Assembly (NCBI GenBank): GCA_963708295.1
Contig: CAVPSJ010000015.1
Span: 192,001-256,000, forward strand
Source: an uncultured delta proteobacterium
Lineage (GTDB): Bacteria; Desulfobacterota; BSN033; UBA1163
DNA length: 64,000 nt
Direction of reading: 5' to 3'
Below the pieces are notes generated by a model. That model was not told the DNA's origin and did not search any database. It saw only the letters and a program-made list of their open reading frames with translations. How positions within the stretch are numbered: the first letter of the stretch is position 1; every line of letters begins with the position of its first letter. A program made the position numbers and the translations under genes. Shown here one piece after another: positions 42,324-54,670 of this stretch.

Positions 42324-44619
42324 TTATGGAGTTTTCCGGGGTTCTTTTAGAGTTGAAGGAGGAGTTGTATCGGTACTCGGTTTCGTTCTTGCCCCCCCAC
42401 CGTATCTGTAAAACCATATTTGATTTGTTCCGTAAGTACTTCCTACATATCCCAGTAAAATATATAAATTATGAACAGCATCATAAAAAGATTCTCTTCC
42501 CCAAGGATACTTTCCATTCCAACTATTATATGGTAAATTTTTCTGCCAAGTATTTGTACTTGGCTTATATGTATGAAAAACCATCGGGAATGTTTGGTTT
42601 TCGAAACATTCATTCATAAAGATAATATTATTTGTGCTATCCCACTCATAAGGCCACTGACCAACAAAATATCTATCGCGTTCAGGAAAAGGCGCATCGG
42701 AACTAATCAAACTCATCCTGTCAGTCGCTATATTATAGCTAAATATCTTTCCAAAATAAGAATCCCAGAGATAAACCACTCTAGCTGATTTATCATATGC
42801 CCAATGCCCTCTACTTAGATTATTACGATTGGCTCTTATAGCTCCTGGTATCTTATCCGATTTACTCCAAACATTATTACTTATATCATAGGTATAAACT
42901 CTTATTGAATCCGAATTTCCAACTCCAAATTCAAACGCCTTATTTAGAGTCTGATCATGTATAGCCCAATGGTCGTAGCCAGCTTGAGGTGAATTAGCCA
43001 TCAAGTGCGTTCCATCCCACGTATTGCTAATAGGATCGTACCTCAAATTTACCATACTCATCATAGCGGAGTTGCGGCAGCTTCCGTGGGTGCAATTAGG
43101 ATCATAAACAGTATTTGGATACTGGCATCCGTTCTGAGGAGTGGTCAAGAGTCTGCACTCCTGACAATAATTACCAGAAAAGAAATAATAGAATCGTCCA
43201 TCATTGGAATTGTAAAAAAGCCCTCCTTCATCCATACCATCTAGCTGAACAGTTCCCTGGGTCGCACAGTTAGGAATTTTCGTTGTCCACGTATTTGTGT
43301 CCACATTATAGGTATGGACATCAGAATTAGCCGAACCAGCTCCGTGATCACCACCAAAAAAGTAGATGAGATTATCGCTTGGCCCCATGCCCATCCGGAT
43401 ATGCTTACACTGGCCGTTTTCACAAGCATTGGACCCTCTTGGACCTGCAAGGCTTCTACTAAACCATAGATCTGTAGGGTAGTCATCAGGACAGTAAAGG
43501 ACTGCATCTACGTTGTAGTCAGAAACCGCCACATAGCAATCCATTTTGGATGAATAGGCGAACCTTCCCCAAGTTCCGTTGTCAGGACCACTATAGGTTG
43601 GAGCATTTGCAGTGACGGTAGTTTTTGTCCAGACAAGAGTTGAAAGATTCAGGGTATAAATTGATTGTAGGTCAGAAGGAGTTCTACTTGATCCATACCA
43701 AGCGACGAGTAAATTACGTTTGGAGTCGTAGGTTATACCTGGGGCATTTGCACTTTCTATCTCTGTAGCGCCAGTTGTTGAAACTACTTGATATTGATAA
43801 CTCGGAACTCCATTTACGTTGATCTTCCATAACCCTCCACCACCTATGAAGTAATAATAATCTCCAGCAATCGTCGCATTCCTATGGCCTGTCTGACCTT
43901 TGATGAGCCAAGGTTTGAAAGCGTAAAGTCTACTCCAATTATTTGTAGCTGGGATCGTAAGAGTAAAAATACGCATTTGAGGCACTTATTTCCGAACCCG
44001 TCATATAAATCTTATTATTACCAGGATGATAGGCTGCAAACAGAATGATCCCCCCAGGTTTGGTACCGGTGGGAGTCATCTTTGTCCAAGTCTTTGTCGT
44101 TAAGATCGAACATCCAATCGTCAGTTCCGAATCCCACCACTTCCACAAGCTCATTGAACCACCATGAATCCATATTTTATCGTGGTCTAATCCAGAAGAT
44201 GTAGCAGGAAGAAAAGCCATATTTCCATAAGTATGTCGTGAAACAGGATTATTCGTTCCAGGCACTTCATCAACACATGGTCCAAAAGTACTAGGGGGCC
44301 ATATGTCTGGGTCGGTGATTCGAGTCATCGTGACACCGGTAGTTAAGGAAATGTCTAGTTTATAAACCTCATTTCCTATATAGTCTCCATGTCCACCACC
44401 CCAGAGATACATTGTCCTGTTGGCATCATCCCAGACAGCTCCGCTCCATGCCTTTACAACATTACCGCAATTGCTTGCATAAGAGTAGCTACTCCCTTTG
44501 AAATTATTCGGTGGGCACTTCGATTTAATGTCTGTGGCGGGCAGAGGCAACCATTTGGCTGCAAACGAATTCCCACATAACATTAAAAGAGCGCAAACAA
44601 TTAGTATGGATTTTTTCAT
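42324..44619 (-). CDS. Secreted Kelch-like beta-propeller protein, frameshifted, lower GC
   Basis: Signal peptide MKKSILIV...SFA, WGGGHGDY, SRHTY, FGG and W-repeat blades across ORFs 43939..44619 and 42324..43985. Confidence 0.7.
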
Positions 44620-44964
44620 TTTGGTTCTCCAGCTTTCCCATTTTCTCGGCCAGTAACTTGTTTAACATGATTTTTTAGGTTGAGGGCTTGCTTGTTTATG
44701 CCTCGGATTCCGTTTTAAAGCTCAGGCTCAGCGGTAACCCTACAAAACAACGATTTATTAATCTCGGACCTGATTGCCCGGATGACTTTTGAATTAGACC
44801 ATCATTTAAGACCCAATTTATCAGAATCTGAAAAGAAGCGCAATCATTGATCCTGAATAATTCTTGGACATACGCTTAACAAAATTAGGAATTCAAAACA
44901 CCCATGGCAAGTTTTCAGTGAAGAAATGATGGGGGTTGCTCCAGAAAAGTTAAGGGAATAAATT

Positions 44965-45903
44965 GTGAACATATATGTTACCATCGATGTAGAAGTCTGG
45001 TGCGACAGCTGGTCCAATATAGACCATAGCTTTCCTGAAGCATTTCGGCGCTACATTTACTCCGGGCTCGTAAGGAACATTGCCATTCTTAGGGACTTTG
45101 GTATAAAGGCTTCCTTTTTTGTAGAACCGTTGTTTTCGTTGCGGCTTGGTTTGCAACCTCTTGTTGAGATAGTCGGTCTTATAAAGGAAGCTGGGCAAGA
45201 GATTCAGCTGCATTTACATCCGGAGTGGGCCGATGAGGCGAGACCCAGTATCTTTCCACAAGGGACACCAAAGCGACGGTATCTTCGACAGTTTTCGGCC
45301 GATGAACAGATTGCCCTGGTTGGCATTGGCTTACAGCAGCTTTACGCTGCTGGAGCCAATGGGGTAATAGCGCTCCGGGCTGGCAACTACGGAGCCAATT
45401 TGGATACTTTGCGAGCCGCATCATTCCATGGCTTAAGTGTTGACACAAGCTATAATCCCACCATGGGCTGGAATGAGTTTGGTCTCGGCTCCGGTTCGAG
45501 GTTGTTTCAACCGGTTCTCATTGAAGGTGTATACGAATACCCTGTCAGCTGTTTTGAAGATTGGCCAGGGCATTTGCGAAATACCCAAATCGGCGCATGC
45601 ACCTTTGGCGAACTCGCAGGTGCGCTCGACCAGGCTGAGAAGTCCGGCTGGAATTCATTTGTAATAGTATCCCACAATTTTGAATTAATGAATCGCACCC
45701 AGACGCGCCGCGATCCAATCGTCGAAAAGCGTTTCATATCGTTTTGTCGATTTCTGTCCAGAAATCGCGAGAGGTTCCTTTCGTCTGGCTTTGTGGGAGG
45801 CGAGTTTCAGGCATGTCCTCAACAGCCAGTGCCATTGCGTTCGCCAATATGGCGTACCATTTCACGTATGATGGTTCAATCTTTCAGGAGTATCTACGGA
45901 TGA
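44965..45903 (+). CDS. Polysaccharide deacetylase family protein
   Basis: TIDVE, ASFFVEP, EIQLHLHPEW, LRAGNYG. Confidence 0.8.
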   Translation: MNIYVTIDVEVWCDSWSNIDHSFPEAFRRYIYSGLVRNIAILRDFGIKASFFVEPLFSLRLGLQPLVEIVGLIKEAGQEIQLHLHPEWADEARPSIFPQGTPKRRYLRQFSADEQIALVGIGLQQLYAAGANGVIALRAGNYGANLDTLRAASFHGLSVDTSYNPTMGWNEFGLGSGSRLFQPVLIEGVYEYPVSCFEDWPGHLRNTQIGACTFGELAGALDQAEKSGWNSFVIVSHNFELMNRTQTRRDPIVEKRFISFCRFLSRNRERFLSSGFVGGEFQACPQQPVPLRSPIWRTISRMMVQSFRSIYG

Positions 45904-46842
45904 TGACCTCCGGAATGAGGCGAGTTCCGATGAAGTTTTACCTCGGGGAGTTGCCGCTCGCTCAGATATGGTTCACGGTGGATGTGTTTCTGATGGGTCT
46001 GCAGGAGCTTTTATCAGAGGACCCGGATAGATTGCGGGTGCCGTCGCCGAAAAATGGCGACGGAATATTGCTCAGAAGTTTTCCGATCTCGCGTTCCGCT
46101 AAGAGGGTTAGGCTGCAAAAGAACGGCATTTACTATATCTCTCAGACGTATCGAAGGTATTACACTGACCTATCCATAGGCTACACGAAGTATCTGGAAA
46201 ACTTTTCATCAAAATCCAGGGCGACCGTTAAGAGAAAGGTCAGGAGGTTTCAGGAACATTGTCACGGACAGATGTTTTTTCGGCGATTCAGCCGGGTTGA
46301 CGAAATGAAGGAATTCTACGACCTTGCCCGAAGAGGTTTCAAAGAGCAGCTATCAGGAAAAGCTCCTGGATGCAGGCTTGCCCGGCGACGAGGCGTTCTA
46401 TTCGAAGATGGTGGAGGATAGCCTGTCCGGTCGAGTGCGAGCATACTTGCTCCTTCATGCGGAACGTCCTGTTGCCTATCTTTATTGCGACAGCATCGAT
46501 GGAGTTCTGCTTTACTCGTATCTGGGCTACGACCCGGAGTATCGAGAATGGTCCGTCGGCACAATACTGCAATGGTTAGTGATGGAGGACTTGCTGCAAA
46601 GGGATAGGGCCTTTAAATATTTCGATTTTACTGAAGGGGAGGGAACCCATAAGGAGTTCTTTTCTACAGGCAGTGTTTATTGTGGCAACATGTTTGTGTT
46701 GAAGTTGAGTCTCAAATGCGTTGTTGTGGTTTTGCTACACATGATTTGGGAAAGAATCCTTTGGGGGATCAAGGTGATGCTGGATGCATCCGGCCTCAAA
46801 TCTAAGATAAAGAACCTGGTGCGTTTTGGAAGGATGAAGTGA
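45900..46842 (+). CDS. GNAT-family (CelD/BcsL-like) protein, frameshift ~46335
   Basis: FSSKSRAT, LGYDPEYREWSVGTILQ, FDFTEGEG.HK. Confidence 0.8.
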
Positions 46843-46878
46843 TTAAGAAGATCCTGTCATCAGTGGGGCTTCACGCTC

Positions 46879-47996
46879 TTACTTTTTCTTCTTCAGCTGT
46901 TGCACGAAGGCTTGCAAATTCTCATTCATGAAGCCGCGCGAGGACGCGTACTGCTGGATGTCGAGACCGCCATAAGTGTTGAGTTCGAGCGCAACCGGGC
47001 CGGTCTCAGTGAAGGCGATATCCCAGTGCTGGACCTTGCAGCCCCGGAAAGCAGCGTGCCGCAGCCAGGCAATACTCGATTGTTCGCGGCCAGTTGGGTA
47101 AAGTGATACCAATAACCGGTTTGCCGGTGTTAGGGTGGAGCTTCGATTTCTTTCAGATCGAAGCCGACTCCGCCGCACACGCGCAGTACGCGCCCCGTCT
47201 CTGGATCGACGAAACCGGCCAGATTGCCGGTGGTCCCAAGGTGAAAGTTGTCGACCACGTTACTGCCGGTCGGCAGCTTCCAGGTTACCCAATGGATCTT
47301 GGGGCCGTCTGGCGTGATCAAGATGTTGACGCGGGCGCTCGACAGCCGGCCACCTAACATTTCGTCGATCAATGAATCGGACCGTAGCCACGCCTGCACC
47401 AGGTAGCCGGCGCTGCCTTCTTCCTCCACCACGCGGATGAACTCGCTTACCTTGACCGTGTCGTCACCGCCCAGCATGAAGGCATCCAGGTCGCGGTCAT
47501 AACCTTTGATCGCATACGTGCCAATGCCGTAGTGGCCGCGGCACGGTTTGGCGAAAAAGGGGAACGGCGCCTCGTTCTTGAGGTAATCGACAAAGCGCTC
47601 AATCGTGTTGAATTGCGGAAGTCCCTGAACCCCGCGCCCGCCACGGTCGAACACCGCGTAGGTCTCAGGGGTCGCCAGGTTCAGACCGCGCATGACGCTG
47701 TAGAAGACGAACTTGTCATTGGCGACGGAACGCCACGATGCGTCGTTGACGGTCTCTTCAAGATGTATCCACATTCGCCAGCCTGCGAATTCCTTCTTCT
47801 GCTTGAGATTGGTAAGCTGATCGTTGAAAAGCGCGAACTCGTAATACTCGGTTGGCCCCAGCAGACCTGGCCCGAAACGGAGCTGCATGATTTCGATCAG
47901 TTGAGATAGCAAGGATTTGCCGTACTCACGCCGGGCGCGCAGTGCGGACTTAAACAGCGGAGCGGCATAGTGCAGTCTTCTGACTAAGCTGGTCAT
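46879..47996 (-). CDS. Sugar-transfer-associated ATP-grasp protein, frameshift ~47135
   Basis: NDKFVFY, FAKPCRGHYG.G, VDNFH.G..G, WDIAFTETGPVALELN; higher GC. Confidence 0.82.
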
Positions 47997-48040
47997 AGGG
48001 TGAGTGATGTAAGTGATCAGAACTTGCTTGGGGTGGGTTG

Positions 48041-48069
48041 AATATACGAAAAAGAGGGTATTCTGTCAA
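48041..48069 (-). promoter_or_regulatory. sigma70 promoter of the ATP-grasp gene
   Basis: Minus strand TTGACA-N17-TATATT. Confidence 0.6.
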
Positions 48070-48237
48070 GAAAAATCAACTACAAAGAAATTGACCACAA
48101 GATAGATGAAAGATGGAATTGTATCACCGGTGCGGGAGACTATCAGGTTGCATATGACTTCCGCCTTTGCACCGATGATATTAGGATGATATTATTATGT
48201 TCGACTTTCGAGGGGAACAAAGGGGCGGGAACCTGAA

Positions 48238-49377
48238 GTGACCAAGCAAGACGCTTTCGAACAGCGATGGCAGATACAATTGCTGCGACCGGACAAGCAA
48301 TGTAAGCCCGGGTCTCGGACAGGCTTGATGGAGCATGATCCAGACTGGCTGCTATCGCAATGCGACCAACCCGATAAATCGGTACTGCTTTTCTCGGATA
48401 CTGAGGAGGGGGATATTCCGATATTCGTTCATCGGGTGCGCCTGGATTACAATCTCGGGGAATGGTCCATCGGTGGATTTTATGTCACGCGATACGTAAT
48501 TGCCGGGGGACTCAGTTATGTGAGCGAGCAATCGCTCAACAGAATGTTCAATCTGCTTGCAGGGTATATCAAACCAGACGGTGTGATATTCCTTCAGGGT
48601 TTGGTTTCCGGAGAGCCACTTTGGCGATTTCTTTGTGATCCTGTTCTGAAAAAGCACTTTCTTGTCCTACCCCATGGCCCGACCTATTCCCGTCGCCTCA
48701 TCCATCTCGAAGATTGTTTGGAGACCTATCTCAAGAGTATTGGCGCGAAGAATCGCAAGTCCTTGCGACAAACACGCCGAAAATTCGAAGAGGCTTACCG
48801 AGGACGTTTTTCGTATGAGGTTTACACCAGCTCCGAGGATATTCTAAACTTAGTAGAGGCAATTGAACCAGTTTCAAGACGCACTTACCAATCGAGGTTG
48901 ATCGGTCTTGGAATCAAAAAGGGAGGCTATGTTGTTAATCAACTGGCGGAGGGTGCCCGACGAGGATATGCCCGCTGTTATCTATTAAGAGTAGATTCTT
49001 CACCCGTGTCCTGGAGGCTTGGCTATGTTTACGGAGCGACATACTATTCCCATCATGTTGGCTACGATCCCGACTGGCGACATTGGCAACCTGGAATTCT
49101 AACGCATATGGCTGCAATAGAAGACCTCCTGAGCCATTGTCGGCATGTTCGGACATTTGACTTTCTCTATGGCGATAGTCTGCTAAAACGGCGTCTCAGC
49201 AATCAATCACGTGAGGAACGTCATTTCTACCTGTTCCCACGCCATACCAGGGGCACTCTTTCTTATGGATCCCTTCGGGTTGTCAACAGTATTTCAGGGG
49301 GGGTGGGTGGTCTTTTTAGAGCAATAAATAAATCTGAGCAAGTCAAGCAATGGCTGCGTCGCCGTACGGAGAAGTAA
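48238..49377 (+). CDS. GNAT-family (CelD/BcsL-like) protein
   Basis: GYDPDWRHWQPG, FDFLYGD..LKRRL. Confidence 0.8.
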   Translation: MTKQDAFEQRWQIQLLRPDKQCKPGSRTGLMEHDPDWLLSQCDQPDKSVLLFSDTEEGDIPIFVHRVRLDYNLGEWSIGGFYVTRYVIAGGLSYVSEQSLNRMFNLLAGYIKPDGVIFLQGLVSGEPLWRFLCDPVLKKHFLVLPHGPTYSRRLIHLEDCLETYLKSIGAKNRKSLRQTRRKFEEAYRGRFSYEVYTSSEDILNLVEAIEPVSRRTYQSRLIGLGIKKGGYVVNQLAEGARRGYARCYLLRVDSSPVSWRLGYVYGATYYSHHVGYDPDWRHWQPGILTHMAAIEDLLSHCRHVRTFDFLYGDSLLKRRLSNQSREERHFYLFPRHTRGTLSYGSLRVVNSISGGVGGLFRAINKSEQVKQWLRRRTEK

Positions 49378-49539
49378 CCAGCGATGTGCCTCTACGGGAT
49401 TTTCGCCCATAAATCACGCTGGGGCGCGTCATGCGGCGCCAAAGGCTTCTAAAAAGTGATGCTTCCGGCCCGAATTGCTCAGTAAATTCTTAGCCTGTCT
49501 TGCCAGCCAACGGTTTCCCGTCGGCAAAGGGGTGTAACG

Positions 49540-50284
49540 ATGCTTGATTCTCAGATGGCCGAGCGACTCAGTCTATTACGTGCAAGAGGCGGCAAGATAG
49601 CAGCTGCTTACTGGGTCCTGCGCGCAATCCTGCGCATTGATACCTACCGTTTCTATGCGATTGATCTGGCGGACTACGCCCTTGATGGTGAGGCCAACCT
49701 GCCCGAGGGTTATCGGTTTCTTAGGTTTGAGAACGCAGAGGGGATTGCGGGGTGTGATCCGACCATTTTAGAGAAAATCGGTAACAAATCCGGAAGGGGT
49801 GTGTCAAGCATCGTGGCCGATGGCGGCCGGGTATACGCCATCGTTTGTGATACGGAAGTCATTTGCCAGCTCAATATCAACTTCCAGCGCGGTCGGGCGG
49901 ACAGGCCGCTTAGAATGACGCTTGAGTTCGGGGAAAAGGACGCATTCCTGAGCTTTCGGGTACACCAATCCGGCTTCGCGACGGGGTCAATGGGCATTTC
50001 GACTGATCTCGCAAGTTTGCTCTCAGCTAAGCCAGGAGGGATGGTTGCGTTGCATATGTCACGTGCAGGCAACCAATGTGCAAGAAATCCTCCAGTACCT
50101 TCAGGCGTTGCGGTTGGAAGCCAGTTGCTTTTTTGTTTGCCACAACCGGTGGTCGGCTGCTAGGGGTGGTTCATCGCGCCGCAGCCCGGGACAAAGGGAT
50201 ATGCGTTCATGCCAAGCCGCAGCGGGAAAGAATTTAGGAGACTTGGCATATCGCCAGTCAAGAATGTCAAACGCTAAGGGATAA
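49540..50284 (+). CDS. Probable GNAT-like protein, frameshifted
   Basis: DAFLSF..T.P..RRG.W and CICHVQATN fragments. Confidence 0.45.
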
Positions 50285-50579
50285 AGGGAGTCAGGTCTGG
50301 TGCAAGATGATGCTCGAAAAAGGAGCAGCTGCCACGTTGGGTCCTGTTGCTGAACCATATGTTCAGGGATTTCCAATACCAGATGTTTTCTTCGGCCTCT
50401 TGATCGATGGCCGCCTGAGCCTCGCCGAATGTTATGCTCTTTCCAATCCATTCTGGCATGGCAAATGGTCTTAATCGGAAATCCGCTTTATCGCCCATTT
50501 AAGAATGGAAACGGAAAAACATCCGCCCATGATGGCAGACGAGTAGTAATGGGTTATATCATTTGGATCCTCTTGAACG

Positions 50580-51450
50580 ATGTATCCTAATATTGTCAGT
50601 CAGCGTGAAGATGCTTGGTATGCAGAGAGGTTTTGCGTGAGAAGTTGTAGAAACCAGAGCGTCGCACCAAAGTCCGGAGCGTGGGTGCCGTATGTTGTAC
50701 CGATGGCAATCTACATGGCCTTTTTGCTGGCACAGTCAGAGTGGCCGGAGGGTCTGGTGTGGGTATATCCACTGAAGACCATCGCCGTGGCCGCTGCGTT
50801 GTTCGGATTTAGGAAGAAGTACGAGGAGTTGAGGGTACCATGGTCCAGCGCTTCTGCGGTGGGCACCGGGCGGAATGTGCTCATGAGTTATACGTTGGCA
50901 GTGACGGTTGGGCTGGTAGCGATTATCGTTTGGATCGGGGCGGATCCTTTTTACCCGGGGACGACCAGGTTGATGGGGGGCAAGCCGTCCGTGCCGTTTG
51001 ATCCCACCTCGATTAAGCTGGTGGCATGGCGGTACATCTTCATCGGGTTCATCGCGTGATTTCGGTGCGCGGTTGTGGTGGTGGCGTTGATGGAGGATGA
51101 TTTGATCTGGCGCGGTTTTTTGATTCGGTGGCTTGAGAGGAAAGGAAGTCATGCTTGCCCATTCAAAGGGATTCCAGTGCGGGACATCAAACTGTTCGTG
51201 GAAGTCATTGCGGAATGCACGGTGGTGTTCGATTCGGCTTGGAACGCGCGAGCTTGAGTGCTTTGCTACCACGGCTTTGCGCTGGGATGAAACCGATTTT
51301 GACTGAGTGCTCATCTAACTAGAGCTGGTTGATAGCGGCAGGCGCAAGGACGCTACGGTTTCCGTGCGTTGCCTTAAGCGAGCGATCCACCAGCAATGCG
51401 GCGCTGGCGGCATGGGTCTGTGGCGGGGGGATGGAAGTTTTGGTGAGTTT
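50580..51450 (+). pseudogene. CAAX prenyl protease-related (Abi/CPBP) protein, PEP-CTERM locus type, degraded or frameshifted
   Basis: PYVVPMAIY, WVYPLKT, and VV.LMED.LIWRGFLIRWL resembling EELFWRGFL. Confidence 0.6.
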
Positions 51451-51462
51451 GCACCAAGAGAT

Positions 51463-53002
51463 ATGAAAAAAATAGTCATGTCCTTAATCCTAGTCATTCT
51501 GGGATATTCAGTGACGGTCAGTGTATGGCAGTGTCTCTCTAGTCCCCTGATCCACGACGAACATCAATTTATGGCAAGCGCTTTCATGGTAGCGCAATAC
51601 GGCCTCCATCCGTATCAGGATTTCGCGTATTTCCATATGCCGAATCTTGTTTACTTGTATGCGCCGTTCTTCTTCATTCCTTACCCATTCATGGCGGCAA
51701 GATTATTCGGCGTTATCTGCGCACTTGGAATCTGCTTGACGATTTTTCTAACTGCACGCTCCCTCTTTGCAGGACACGGAAAACTTAACAGCCTGATTAT
51801 TCCAGTATGCAGTGCCGCCTTACTCATTCATTCTCCACTGTTTCAGTATGCATCATCCCACGTGTGGAATCATACACCGTCCACCCTTTGCGCTGTCCTA
51901 GCGTTCCTTTTTCACTGCCAAGCTATCCGGGGCAACAAGCCATTTCTGTCCTTCTTTATGAGCGGCGTGAGCCTTGGAATGGCTATTGGGATCCGTCTGT
52001 CATTTGTTCCTTTGGTTGTTCCTTTCCTTCTTGCGGTTGTGGTTTTTCGTGCGGGTACAGTTAGAGACAAGGGACTGTATACGACTTGCGTTCGCGGTTG
52101 GGGGATTGCTCTCCAATCTACCCGCAATCTACTTCTTTTTCACTAGTTACCATAACTTCTTATTTGGGAATCTCGGATACGCCAATCTGAACACAATTTA
52201 CAGACAAGTGACGTCGTTTCCAGGACCGATGACGTTCACGGGAAAAGTGACAGACCTGATCAAGTCTGTTTTCGCAAAACCAGGTGAATTGCTTATCTTG
52301 GTGGTCACCTTATACAGTCTTGTCCTCTTCGGAATCGATACATTAAGGAACGCCGCGCGACCAAGGTTCGAGATTGTGTTTCTTCTGATATTGTTACCCT
52401 TTGCCTACGTTGGGTCTATGGTGCCCACGCCCACATGGTACTGGTACTATTTTGCCCCAGTCCCCTTTCTCATCTTGCTCAGCCTTTATGCTGTCTCGAC
52501 CCTTCGATGTTCGGCATTCTCAGAAGCGGCAAGTCTGTTTCTTGTGGTTGCGGTTCTCATTTCATTCGTCTATAGTTCTCCCCTCAGAATCGATTCTCCC
52601 ATCCGTGGACTCATGAGGCCAGAGTCATGGACTCCTATTAGTCTTCAAAAGGAGGCGGAAAGAATTAGAGCCTACATCGAATCACGGGGTGGGGAGGGTG
52701 AAGTTCTAACGCTTTCTCCACTTTACGCCATCGAGTCCGGATTGCCGATTTACAAAGAATTTGTTACGGGGCCGTTTGCTTGGCGTGTGGGTTACCTGCT
52801 CTCTGATGATGAGGCTGTAAACAGGGGCCTGCCGGTACGTTCACGAATCAATTCGTTCTTAAAAGAGAAGCATCCCCGTGCCATTTTGACAGGCAAAGAA
52901 GAGGAGCAGTTAGAGATACCCTTAATCAAGGGGGCTCAGCAGATCGGATATGAACCAGCGGTGACATCAATGGGTGTTGTTATATGGCTCTCTCCAAAAT
53001 AA
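51463..53002 (+). CDS. GT-C (PMT/ArnT-like) membrane glycosyltransferase, frameshift ~52080
   Basis: HDEHQFMA, PYQDFAYFHMP, many TMs. Confidence 0.7.
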
Positions 53003-53024
53003 CTCATCTTCAAGAACGCGGATA

Positions 53025-53262
53025 ATGAGTGAATAAGCTAAGTGAAAGTGCTGCGGTAATGCAGTGCTGCCGTCAAAAATTCAAGTTAAGAAGTTATTAG
53101 GTTACTGAGTGAATAAGTGCTGCCGTGTTGCGGTGCTGCTGTTGATGTTAAATTGTGAAATTTAAATTATAAGGTTTGGGTGTTAAGTTTTAAGTCAATT
53201 CAACATTCAAAATTTAGAACTTAGAATTTGCGGAGCATGAGTGTTGAGTTCTGAGTTAATTT
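53025..53262. repeat. G/T-rich composite tract after a stop codon (families G, B, F)
   Basis: TGAGTGAATAAG, GTGCTGCGGT/GTGCTGCCGT, TTAAGTTTTAAG then TTCAACATTCAAAA. Confidence 0.85.
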
Positions 53263-53625
53263 GTTGAGGTCGGGATTTGACTTTGCAGACATTGTCAAAT
53301 GTGATGGTGACCTCTTCCTGAAAAGAGTGATTTTTGAGTTTTGTCCTTCGATACGCTCTTCCAAATGGTAATCAATTGTTGTTGAAGTTTCCATTCAATG
53401 CTAATATACTCTTCTTAAATAAGGGCTGATTATGAGGCATTTGTGAAAGCCGATTTCTATAAACCGCCTATTATCTGTTTGAATTCTATCTATGATTTTC
53501 CCTTCAACAAAAGACGCTGAGTCTATTTTTGTTTTGATTGGACTCATCGGAAGGGTTTGGATGTTTGAGAAAAGCCAGATGAGAAGGGTTTGAGGACAGG
53601 ATAAGCTTGGCTTAAGAGGTGCCCT

Positions 53626-54462
53626 GTGCAGAACAAAAAGTTCATTCTCAATTTCACGCCAACTGGTATGATCCCAACCAAACAAATGACTCCCCATGTA
53701 CCTATAACCCCTGAAGAAATTGTAAATCAGGTGTCTGAAGTAGCGACTTTAGGGATCAGTATGGTTCATCTACATGCTCGAGATCCTTTCACTGGTGAGC
53801 CAACATACAAAAGGGAGATTTATGCAGAAATCATTCATGGAATTAGAAATAGGCACAGCGATTTGATCTTGTGTGTTTCGACTAGTGGCCGGACATTTAG
53901 TGAATTTGAACAACGTTCTGATTGCCTCAATCTTGATAACGAATTAAAACCAGATTTAGGGAGCCTGACGTTGAGTTCCCTCAATTTTAACGAACAGGCT
54001 AGTATCAGTACACCGCAAATGATCCAGGACCTTGCCGGAAAGATGTTAGAGAGGGAAATCAGACCCGAACTGGAGGCGTTTGATATTGGCATGATCAATT
54101 ATGCCAAGTATCTCATCAAGAAGGGGTTGATTAATCCGCCCTATTACTTCAACCTGATATTAGGCAACATTGCTTGCGCCCAGGCAGATATGTTGCATCT
54201 AGGGATGATGATCAGAGAATTGCCAGATGGATCGATCTGGTCAGTTGGGGGCGTTGGCAATTTTCAGCTTAAATTGAATGTGATGGGTATCGTCTCTGGC
54301 GGTGGCGTGAGAGTCGGATTGGAAGACAATATTTGGTATGATGCAGAGAGAACAAGACTTGCTACTAACCGTGAATTGGTTGAGAGAATAGTGTCTATCG
54401 CTGAGAATCTTGGATGCAAGCCGTATACGCCTCATGAAGTCAGAGGGCTTTTGAGACTTTGA
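53626..54462 (+). CDS. Beta-keto acid cleavage enzyme (BKACE / Kce, DUF849)
   Basis: PHVPITPEEI, MVHLHARD, STSG, RPELEAFD, VRVGLEDNIW. Confidence 0.9.
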   Translation: MQNKKFILNFTPTGMIPTKQMTPHVPITPEEIVNQVSEVATLGISMVHLHARDPFTGEPTYKREIYAEIIHGIRNRHSDLILCVSTSGRTFSEFEQRSDCLNLDNELKPDLGSLTLSSLNFNEQASISTPQMIQDLAGKMLEREIRPELEAFDIGMINYAKYLIKKGLINPPYYFNLILGNIACAQADMLHLGMMIRELPDGSIWSVGGVGNFQLKLNVMGIVSGGGVRVGLEDNIWYDAERTRLATNRELVERIVSIAENLGCKPYTPHEVRGLLRL

Positions 54463-54479
54463 ATATTGTGGAGGTACCA

Positions 54480-54640
54480 ATGATTATCGGGGAGATCATT
54501 AGGCAAAATCCCATTGTGCGATATATTTACGGAAAGTTATCGTCGATCGTGCTAATAAGACCTTACTATCTCCAGCAGGAAGTTTTACGCTGAAAGAGGA
54601 TGAAGCTTATTTGTTCGACGCCCGAACCTTTAAAGCTCCG
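54480..54640 (+). pseudogene. Internally deleted paralog of the downstream GNAT
   Basis: IRPYYLQQE joined to LKEDEAYLFDARTFKA, compared with INPYYVFQE...LKENEAYLFDAYVLKA. Confidence 0.6.
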
Positions 54641-54670
54641 CAATTAGAGATAGGGTGGAAAGGTTAAATC

